DNA from: a virus
Taxonomy: Duplodnaviria > Caudoviricetes
Direction: 5' to 3' (one strand)
Length of the DNA: 64,000 bases
IMG/VR virus record: IMGVR_UViG_3300035661_000005
Position numbers and translations under genes: made by a program. This document shows positions 37,517-44,577 of this stretch, piece after piece. Each line of letters begins with the position of its first letter. Positions within the stretch are counted from its first letter, which is position 1. The notes below the pieces were generated by a model, which did not search any database, was not told where the DNA came from, and saw nothing but the letters and a program-made list of their open reading frames with translations.

Positions 37517-38380
37517 ATGCTCGACCTGCGCACCGTTCAGCTGACCTCGACCACCTACCCCGTCGTCCTCCAGCAGCTCATTGACGAGGTGGGTGAGATG
37601 GACGCGCACGAGGCGCATCTCGACCTCGACCTGCGGGGGATGGTCGGGCTGATGGGGAAGTACCCCCACAACAACGACGCCTACCACAACGGCGAGACGG
37701 TCCTCGTTCACGTCGGCTGGGTCATCGACGACGTCCACAAGACCACCGAGGGCTTCGACCCCGAGCGGCGCCAGGCGCTGCTTCTTGCGGGCCTCTTCCA
37801 CGACCTCGGGAAGGCTTACACCTACGCCTACAACGAAGAGAAGCAGAGGCACACCTTCTACGACCACCCGAAGGTCTCGGTATCGATCGCCGAGGTGCTC
37901 CTCGAACGCCACAAGGAGGCCTTGGGCGGGCTCTACCAGCGGGTCCTCGACCTGACCCGGCTCCACGACGTCCTCTTCGCCCTGGCGGCCAACAAGCCGA
38001 AGGGTGGGGGCTCGGTCAAGTACGTCGAGCTGCTCTTCAAGGAAGCCCTCCGTGTAGAGGGCTTCCTTGAAGACCTCCTGGCGTTCGCGAAGGCGGACTC
38101 GCACCGTGCCCGTTGCTACCAGGAGAAGCTCGCGGACATCGAGGGGATCCTCGTGGACCTGGAGCGCTTCAAGGGCGAAGCGGCGGCCAAGAAGGCGGAG
38201 AAGGCCCTCCTGGAGACCAACGCCAAGACCAAGCTGCCCGAGATTCAGGCGCTCCTCGTGGCGGAGGGGCTGCCAGCGGCGGCCGAGGAGCCGGACCTCA
38301 AGGCGATCCGGACCTACCTCGGGCGGGCGAAACGCTTCGAGCTAATCAAGCGGATCGAGGCGATTGTGACGGCTCCTTGA
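37517..38380 (+). CDS. HD-domain phosphohydrolase
   Basis: HN...GETVLVH, LAGLFHDLGK, HPKVS, RLHD, AKAD. Confidence 0.85.
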   Translation: MLDLRTVQLTSTTYPVVLQQLIDEVGEMDAHEAHLDLDLRGMVGLMGKYPHNNDAYHNGETVLVHVGWVIDDVHKTTEGFDPERRQALLLAGLFHDLGKAYTYAYNEEKQRHTFYDHPKVSVSIAEVLLERHKEALGGLYQRVLDLTRLHDVLFALAANKPKGGGSVKYVELLFKEALRVEGFLEDLLAFAKADSHRARCYQEKLADIEGILVDLERFKGEAAAKKAEKALLETNAKTKLPEIQALLVAEGLPAAAEEPDLKAIRTYLGRAKRFELIKRIEAIVTAP

Positions 38381-38516
38381 GAGGTCGGCCACACTTGCAG
38401 GCGTGCTCGGCGCAGAGGCTGCCGTGCTTCGGACATACGCGGGTCGCGGGCTCCTTGCAGATGCGGAGTCCGGCGACCCGCGTGTGGTCTTCTGCTAGGA
38501 ATTCGCAGACCGTCAT
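38346..38516 (-). CDS. 56-aa Cys/His-rich protein
   Basis: Translated manually (MTVCEF...CKEPATRVCPKHGSLCAEHACKC); coupled to the upstream stop. Confidence 0.55.
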   Translation of the reverse strand: MTVCEFLAEDHTRVAGLRICKEPATRVCPKHGSLCAEHACKCGRPLKEPSQSPRSA

Positions 38517-38713
38517 GCGCCCACCCAGTGTACGTCCATGATGGAACGGAAAATGGCGCTTGCCGCCACGGGGCTGACCGTACCGCCCGTGGCCCTCATG
38601 ACATCGCCGACGAAGAAGCCGCGCATGGACTTTCCATGCCGATAGGCGTCGGCCTGTCGCGGGTGACCGTTCACGATCCGGCGGCAGAGGGCTTCAAAGT
38701 CGTTCGGACTCAT
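38513..38713 (-). CDS. Stand-alone GatB/YqeY C-terminal-like mini-domain
   Basis: HPRQADAYRHGK..RGFFVGDVMRATGG..SP matches the GatB tail pattern NP..V..YK.GK..GFLVGQVMK.T.G.A.P. Confidence 0.65.
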   Translation of the reverse strand: MSPNDFEALCRRIVNGHPRQADAYRHGKSMRGFFVGDVMRATGGTVSPVAASAIFRSIMDVHWVGA

Positions 38714-39645
38714 GGGACGCTCGGCGGGATGCTCGGGGGCGGGGACTCGATCTGAATCGGCGTGGCTTCGAGGTAGCGTTGCGGCGCTCGGCGTCCAACG
38801 ATGATCAGCTCGCCTACGGGTCCGCGCTTCTCGGCCTTCGAGTTGATGTTCCGCCGAGCTTGGACTTCGCAGATCTCGTAGCCAGCGTACAGCTCGCGGA
38901 CCTCGGGCGTGTCCGAATTCGAGAGGACGACAGGGATGCCCCGTTTCGCGAGCCGCTTGAAGGCTTCGGCCACGCGCCGCTGGTCGTCCATCGTGAACCC
39001 ATCCCGCGTGTAGCTCGTGAATTTCGCCGTGGCGTTCACGGGGACGTAGGGCGGATCGAAGTAGACCAGGTCACCCTCTTGGACGTCGGACAGGACGGCG
39101 TCGAAGTCGATGCTGTGTATGCGCACGAAGCCGTTGAGCAGCTCGGATGCCCTCCGGATGTTCGCCTCGTCGAAGGTCCGGATCGTCGCCCTCTTGCCCC
39201 AAGGGACGTTGTACTCGCCCTTTCGGTTGACCCGATAGAGGCCGTTGAAGCCGGCCTTGTTCAGGAAGATGAAGCGACCGGCGCGTTCGATCGGTCCCCA
39301 TAGGGCCGCCTGGAGGAGCTTGTCCGGCTTACGATAGGCGTCGTAGATCGCCTTGGGTGCGTTCTCGTAGGACACCTCCCGTTCCCGGAGCCACTTCATC
39401 AGCTCATCGGGGAAGTCCCGGATCACACGGTAGGCGTTAATCAGCTCCTTGTTGACATCGTTCAGGACGAACCGTTTGCAGCGGCCCTGGTCCTGGGACA
39501 GCGCGAAGAAGACCGCTCCGGCGCCGGTGAAGGGCTCGTAGTAGGTCCGGATCCGCCGCGGGAAGATGTCGAGGAGCGCCCGGCTCAGACTCGACTTCCC
39601 ACCAGCCCATTTGACGAACGGACGTGCCACGACCGGCTGGGTCAT
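38710..39645 (-). CDS. dam: DNA adenine methyltransferase, Dam/D12 class
   Basis: RPFVKWAGGKS, YYEPFTGAGAVFF, GFNGLYRVNRKGEYNVPWG, VYFDPPY, LSNSD. Confidence 0.93.
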   Translation of the reverse strand: MTQPVVARPFVKWAGGKSSLSRALLDIFPRRIRTYYEPFTGAGAVFFALSQDQGRCKRFVLNDVNKELINAYRVIRDFPDELMKWLREREVSYENAPKAIYDAYRKPDKLLQAALWGPIERAGRFIFLNKAGFNGLYRVNRKGEYNVPWGKRATIRTFDEANIRRASELLNGFVRIHSIDFDAVLSDVQEGDLVYFDPPYVPVNATAKFTSYTRDGFTMDDQRRVAEAFKRLAKRGIPVVLSNSDTPEVRELYAGYEICEVQARRNINSKAEKRGPVGELIIVGRRAPQRYLEATPIQIESPPPSIPPSVP

Positions 39646-39688
39646 GCTCTGCACCCTACACCGGGGGGCACGCAGCCGGGTAGGCTTT

Positions 39689-40345
39689 TCACTCCTGCGG
39701 CAGCTCGCAGAGGAGGTCGAGGAGGTCGGTTGCCGGCGGCGCCTTGGCTGCAAGGCGGGCGATCGGTCCGTAGCTCCGTCGGTGGACGGGGCAGATCCCG
39801 TGGGCGGCCAGGGCCTCCTCGTGGGCCTTCGTGCCGTACCCCTTGTGGTGCTCGAACCCGTACGCCGGGAATTGCTTCGAGAGGGCGATCATGGTGCGGT
39901 CGCGGGTCACCTTGGCGATGATGCTCGCGGCAGAGACGGTGGGGACGAACGTGTCGGCCTTGGGGATCGACTGGATGTTGAAGCCAAGAGCGAGGCTACC
40001 GTCCGCGATGCGAAGGACCCGCTGGCTCGACGGTACCTTGGCGGTCAGGTCCCGGTGCAGGGTCTCGTGGCTGTGGAGCAGCCGCGTGTGGACGTTGTGC
40101 GCGTCGATGACTGCCGGGGGTGATACCTGGACGGCCCAGAGAAGCGACGGATCTGTCGTCAGCTCGGTGTAGAGCCGTTCGCGGTCCGCCTCCTTGACCT
40201 GTTTGGAGTCCCCGAGGCCGTGCGGGGGCTTCCAGCCTACGGGAGCTAGGACAGCAGCGACGAGCAGATCGCCTGCCCAAGCTCCAAGTCCGGCTTCGTC
40301 TGACCCACAGACGGCGTCGTACCCGGTGGGATCGTAGGTGTGCAT
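39689..40345 (-). CDS. rnhB: Ribonuclease HII
   Basis: GSDEAGLG, IADG, PKAD..V..VSAASIIAKVTRD, HKGYGT..H, HRRSY. Confidence 0.93.
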   Translation of the reverse strand: MHTYDPTGYDAVCGSDEAGLGAWAGDLLVAAVLAPVGWKPPHGLGDSKQVKEADRERLYTELTTDPSLLWAVQVSPPAVIDAHNVHTRLLHSHETLHRDLTAKVPSSQRVLRIADGSLALGFNIQSIPKADTFVPTVSAASIIAKVTRDRTMIALSKQFPAYGFEHHKGYGTKAHEEALAAHGICPVHRRSYGPIARLAAKAPPATDLLDLLCELPQE

Positions 40346-40523
40346 TGAACCTTCAGCTTCCCTTCGGGGAAGATGCCCTTGAAGATGTAGCGGACGGACG
40401 CGACGAGAGCGCCGACCTCGGAAAGAAGGGCGTCATCGGGGATGGCAAGTTCGAAGGTGATCTTCATGCTTGCTAGTCTCGCAGATCCTCGGCGTCCGGT
40501 GCAAGACTTCTACACCGAAAACC

Positions 40524-40823
40524 ATGGACCGCTTCGAAACCGCTCAGCGTCGTCGCAGAATCCTAGAGAAAGCCGTCGCCCACAAAGGGGGCCGGTGTGA
40601 GATCTGCGGCTACGACAAGTGCCTCGCCGCCCTCGATTTTCACCACTTCGACCCAATGGGGAAGGACTTCAACATCTCCTCACGGTTGACCAGCTTCAAG
40701 GCCGTCGAGCGGGAGCTGGCGAAGACCATTCTCCTCTGCGCGAATTGCCACCGTGAAGTACACGATGGGCTGCACCCAGGCTACATCGAGAACCCGGACG
40801 CAGCCCGCGGTCAGTACGATTAG
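40524..40823 (+). CDS. HNH endonuclease-like protein
   Basis: KGGRCEICGY, LDFHH, LLCANCHREVH. Confidence 0.85.
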   Translation: MDRFETAQRRRRILEKAVAHKGGRCEICGYDKCLAALDFHHFDPMGKDFNISSRLTSFKAVERELAKTILLCANCHREVHDGLHPGYIENPDAARGQYD

Positions 40824-40943
40824 TGGTGGTTGACGATCCTCTCGCCGTCCCACACGAGGGTTTCCCGCAGGACCCGGGTAGCATCCTGTATGGTGTTGCA
40901 GCCGAGGATCGAGTACTCGGCGCAGACCGGAAACGGACCCCGA

Positions 40944-41591
40944 TCAACCCATGGTCAGGTTGACGTTCAGGATCAGGCGGCCGTTGCGGTGGTCCGACTC
41001 CACGTCGACCCCGACCCCGTGCGCGGCAGCCTGACGGGCGGCCTGCTCCGTAGCCTCTTCGAGGTCGATCCAGAACTGGTCGTCCTGATCGGGGATCCCG
41101 TCGGCCGTGATCTGGAAGCCGTCTTCGTCGCGGGTCGACTTGAGGTGGACGGGACCGTAGGCCCGGGAGATGTAGGTCGAGGCCGCCTTCTCGGCCGCCT
41201 CGATGATCTTGTCCATGTCGGAGGCCACGTTGACGATCTTGGCGTCGTCGAAGGCCCTCTGCATCTGTCTGGCCAGCTGCTCCTCGATACCCATCGACCA
41301 CGCGCTGAGCATCGGGAGGGTGATGAACCACCAGCCGGGGTTCGACTCGTAGCGGTCCGGGGCCGAAATCGAGAAGCCGAGCTTCGCGGCATCCTTCAGG
41401 AAGTTCTCCCAGAGGGTGTCGATTTGCGCCTTGGCGCGGCCCGTCCCCGAGTGCGCGACGTCCTCGGCCAGCTGCATCGCGTTGTGGATGAGCTTCTGGA
41501 TGAGGGGTTCGAGCATTCCGCCGGTCTTGCCGCTGGCGGTCTTCCACTGGAGGCTCGTCTCGGGCACGCCATCGCTTAGAACGCGGTTCAT
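40944..41591 (-). CDS. Hypothetical protein
   Basis: Codon bias; N-terminal WKTASG. Confidence 0.8.
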   Translation of the reverse strand: MNRVLSDGVPETSLQWKTASGKTGGMLEPLIQKLIHNAMQLAEDVAHSGTGRAKAQIDTLWENFLKDAAKLGFSISAPDRYESNPGWWFITLPMLSAWSMGIEEQLARQMQRAFDDAKIVNVASDMDKIIEAAEKAASTYISRAYGPVHLKSTRDEDGFQITADGIPDQDDQFWIDLEEATEQAARQAAAHGVGVDVESDHRNGRLILNVNLTMG

Positions 41592-41690
41592 GCCTTAGTC
41601 TCCCGGATAGAAGGATCTGCCTTGTGGGCTGCGGCGACGGGGGCCTGAGCCCCCACTTGTCGTAGTAGCGGACCTTGACCGCTAGTACCC

Positions 41691-41722
41691 CCAGGGCCGC
41701 GGGCCTCCAGGGCCGCGGGCCT
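41691..41722. repeat. Perfect tandem duplication, 16 bp x2
   Basis: CCAGGGCCGCGGGCCT twice. Confidence 0.95.
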
Positions 41723-41759
41723 CCAGGTGCGGCTCCAGGAGGCCCCCAAGGCTCCCTCG

Positions 41760-41849
41760 ATGAGCGAGCGGGTCGCCGCTCGGGCCGCACACGCCCGCAA
41801 GATGCTCGTCCAGAAGTGGCGGGTAGTCTTGTTAGCCCTGCAAGGATGA
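41760..41849 (+). CDS. 29-aa tag-bearing micro-ORF MSERVAARAAHARKML...
   Basis: Stop overlaps the next ATG (ATGA); homologous copy on the minus strand at 43731. Confidence 0.5.
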   Translation: MSERVAARAAHARKMLVQKWRVVLLALQG

Positions 41850-43174
41850 TGGCCTCCCTGGCAGAGCGTGTGGCGACCCGGTTCCTTCAGGCGGACGCCA
41901 TCGGGGATCCGAAGGAGCTGGTTCAGCCCTTTGCGAGCCTGGTCGACAGGCTTGCTGTGCATCGAACCGAGGCGGAGACGGCGCTCCCCTTCCTGCGACG
42001 GCTGCCCGACAACCTCCTGAGCAGTCTGAGCTTCTCGGATCGGCTCAGGGTCCGAGAAAGCGTCCCGGGGCTCGCGGAAGCCCTGAAGGTGGCCCATGAG
42101 GCATTCGGGGCCCTGACTTACCTGATCCCGAAGTTCGCGTACCCGGGCAGCCAACTCTTCCTCTCGATCATTCAGACGTACGCGCTGCCGGCGTCTCTGC
42201 GGAAGAAGATCGAGATGGCCTCCCGGACCTACATGAAGACGACCCGGCTGCGTTGGCCGAACGCCGAAGGTCTCTCGGGTGAGATCGCCCGCATCGAGGC
42301 GTACCTGAAGTACCTCGCCCTCTACGAGTCGCACCTCAACTACGCGAAGGAAGCCATCGCAAAGGGGAAGGGGCACACGGAAGAGGGCGCGGAGGCGACG
42401 AAGGTCCGCGTCGGCAGCTTCACGCTGGTCAACACGGGCGGCTTCTCGGCGGAGGTCATGGGCAACGTCGCGGAGGCCATGAAGAAGGCCGAGGCGCTGC
42501 TCAAGTCCAGCGGGTTCGGCATCGTCTGCTACGGCGACGTGCAGGTCACCAACACGATCTCGAAGGGGAACGTGCTGGCTTTCTACCTGCCCAGCAAGGA
42601 CGAACTGTTCATCCGGGCCAACTTGAAGCCGACGTCGGACAGCATCCACATCATCCTGCACGAGCTGGGGCACCGTTTCGAGGCGAAGAAGTTGTCCAGC
42701 CGAGCGGGTGACCTCCGACGCCTCTACAGCCTCATCAATGGGCAGGAGTACACCCGCAAGAAGGAGATGCGAGCCAAGAAGCCCCCGATCGGTGACAAGC
42801 TGGTCGACAAAGGCAAGACCTACGAGGTGGCGGGCTACGACGTCGGCCGCAACGGGCTCATGGTCGTGCTGAAGCAGGAGGGCGACCCTCGGATCCAAGC
42901 CAAGGTCTCGCTGGAGGGCTACCTCAGCCGGAAGGGCGAGGGGGGCGCCCGCAACGTCGACGAGACGCCGGACTTCAAGGGCTTCGTCACGGAGTACGCG
43001 AAGAAGACCCCCTCCGAGAACTTCGCCGAGATGTTCGCCTACTACTGCATGGGGCGCCTGCCGGTGCTCCAGAGCGTGGCGTTCGAGGAGCTGTGTTTCG
43101 GTTCGTCCGACCCGCCGGGTGAGAGCATCTTCACGGCCCGGCGGGTCGTGGCCCGCTGGATCATTCAGATGTAG
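41846..43174 (+). CDS. Zinc metallopeptidase, lethal factor-like (paralog 3, divergent)
   Basis: IILHELGHRF, YAKKTPSENFAEMF; tags ERVATRFL and RRVVARW; true start 41846. Confidence 0.8.
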   Translation: MMASLAERVATRFLQADAIGDPKELVQPFASLVDRLAVHRTEAETALPFLRRLPDNLLSSLSFSDRLRVRESVPGLAEALKVAHEAFGALTYLIPKFAYPGSQLFLSIIQTYALPASLRKKIEMASRTYMKTTRLRWPNAEGLSGEIARIEAYLKYLALYESHLNYAKEAIAKGKGHTEEGAEATKVRVGSFTLVNTGGFSAEVMGNVAEAMKKAEALLKSSGFGIVCYGDVQVTNTISKGNVLAFYLPSKDELFIRANLKPTSDSIHIILHELGHRFEAKKLSSRAGDLRRLYSLINGQEYTRKKEMRAKKPPIGDKLVDKGKTYEVAGYDVGRNGLMVVLKQEGDPRIQAKVSLEGYLSRKGEGGARNVDETPDFKGFVTEYAKKTPSENFAEMFAYYCMGRLPVLQSVAFEELCFGSSDPPGESIFTARRVVARWIIQM

Positions 43175-43443
43175 ATCGGCTCGCAGCCGCAGTGGTCGCA
43201 CTCCTCCCAGATTTGGGTGGTGCGGGTGGCGGTGCGACAGCACCGGGAGCAGCCCTGGCGGGCCGGCTTCGGCACGATGGAACAGATCCAGACGCCGTTG
43301 CCGGACCAGATGATCGTCTTGATCGTCTCGACCTTGGTATCACCGGACTTCTTGATCACGGTGACGACTTGGCCGGGCCGGACCTCTTCAGTCGATCGAA
43401 CGCCCCAGGAACCGTCACGCAACTTGGTGTAGGTGTTGGTCAT
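43165..43443 (-). CDS. Small phage protein with C-terminal Zn finger
   Basis: TYTKLRDGSWGVR..., CSRC...CDHCG; leaderless promoter. Confidence 0.8.
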   Translation of the reverse strand: MTNTYTKLRDGSWGVRSTEEVRPGQVVTVIKKSGDTKVETIKTIIWSGNGVWICSIVPKPARQGCSRCCRTATRTTQIWEECDHCGCEPIYI

Positions 43444-43449
43444 GGTGCT

Positions 43450-43477
43450 TCTACAGGGAAGGGAGGGTTTCGATCAA
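43450..43477 (-). promoter_or_regulatory. TTGATC-N16-TGTAGA promoter, ATG 6 nt downstream
   Basis: Exact motif. Confidence 0.8.
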
Positions 43478-43517
43478 CCGCCCACCGTGAGGGCGGGCGG
43501 TTTGACTCGGGGTGGGC

Positions 43518-43731
43518 TCAGCCCGTCATCGCGAGGGCCATCGTCAGGGCCCGCTGGTTGAGGCGAGCCGAGTCGCCGAACCACATCGAGTCGAGGCGGT
43601 TCTCGTCGCGGCCCCGCTCGTATTGGAGGTACTCGTTGACCGCGTTGTAGGCGGCCCAGAGGGTGCCCTTGACGCCGGGGGTCGAGCATCTTGCGGGCGT
43701 GCGCTTCCCTGGCGGCGACGCGGTCGGCCAT
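43518..43731 (-). pseudogene. Chimeric remnant: tag-bearing start joined out of frame to a DUF932 C-terminus
   Basis: MADRVAAREAHARKMLD, then in another frame PGVKGTLWAAYNAVNEYL...RLDSMWFGDSARLNQRAL, homologous to the end of 44578-45567. Confidence 0.7.
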
Positions 43732-43741
43732 TGTCGGGCCT

Positions 43742-43963
43742 CTAGCGGGCTCCTCGGGGGCGACGCTGAGTCCGGCGGCTCTCGTCCGGGACGTCCTCGT
43801 GGTAGACGGCGTGCCCGCCGTCTACGGCCCACCCGGAGTACCGCTTGGTGCTCCACCGGCTGCCGTCCGCCCGCTGGTGCAAGATGTTGTGGGAGTAGAC
43901 GAACCGTACGACGGCGCTCTTCGGCGGAGTGAACTCGTCGTGTTTGAGGACGGCGCGGAGCAC
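43742..43963 (-). CDS. Hypothetical protein or fragment
   Basis: Codon-biased frame, ragged 3' end. Confidence 0.4.
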   Translation of the reverse strand: MLRAVLKHDEFTPPKSAVVRFVYSHNILHQRADGSRWSTKRYSGWAVDGGHAVYHEDVPDESRRTQRRPRGAR

Positions 43964-44007
43964 CCGGCGAAGGTCCCGGGTGCTCTAAGCGGTGCGGTTG
44001 TCTATCC

Positions 44008-44400
44008 TTACAGGGTCACCCGGATCTTGGTGTTGGGGTTGCCGTCCCACTCGATCCCCAGGCCCTCGGCGCGGAGCGCCTCGGTGACCAGCTTGCCGCA
44101 CTCGGCGGCCGGGAGGCCGAAGTCGCCCTGCTCGTGGACGCTGATCGGGCCGTACGCGATATAGAGTACCGGGCGGTCCTTGTTCCATCGGCGGCGCATC
44201 TGGGCGTCCACGTCCCGGGCGTCCTGGCGGGTGTAGAAGACGCACCCCTTGATCTTGGCGCGCCGCGACTCGGGCATCTTGCCTACGTCCGTCGCGATCT
44301 CGTACCCGGCGCACGAGCTGCAGCAGCTGAAGCTCTGGCGGGCGATGAAGCCCTGGGCGCGGAGGATCTTGAAGGCGGCGGTGAGCTTGGTGGTTTCCAT
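44008..44400 (-). CDS. DUF6891-like protein
   Basis: LTAAF..LRAQGFIARQSFSCCSSC, LVTEALRAEGL.IEWDG. Confidence 0.7.
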   Translation of the reverse strand: METTKLTAAFKILRAQGFIARQSFSCCSSCAGYEIATDVGKMPESRRAKIKGCVFYTRQDARDVDAQMRRRWNKDRPVLYIAYGPISVHEQGDFGLPAAECGKLVTEALRAEGLGIEWDGNPNTKIRVTL

Positions 44401-44406
44401 GCCGGG

Positions 44407-44434
44407 TCTACAAGGCGATGGGGTTGCCGATCAA
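44407..44434 (-). promoter_or_regulatory. TTGATC-N16-TGTAGA promoter, ATG 6 nt downstream
   Basis: Exact motif. Confidence 0.8.
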
Positions 44435-44577
44435 CCGAGAGCCTCAGACTTCGTTCTGCTGAGGCGCCAGAAGCTCGTTGACATCACCGCCGGGTTACGG
44501 GTGCCTTCCTTGGAGGGCGCTTTCGACGCCCGTCCCGCTAGTTGACAGTGCCTACTCGGTCGCACCCCTCTCCGGGC

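Noticed and set aside
21341-41722. Short direct repeats as a possible CRISPR array or att sites
   Set aside because: Each is a two-copy adjacent duplication with no spacers and no shared sequence between loci
44490-44575. Two TTGACA hexamers and a 9-bp hairpin downstream of DUF932
   Set aside because: No matching -10 or downstream plus-strand gene; the hairpin is adequately explained as a terminator for the minus-strand gene
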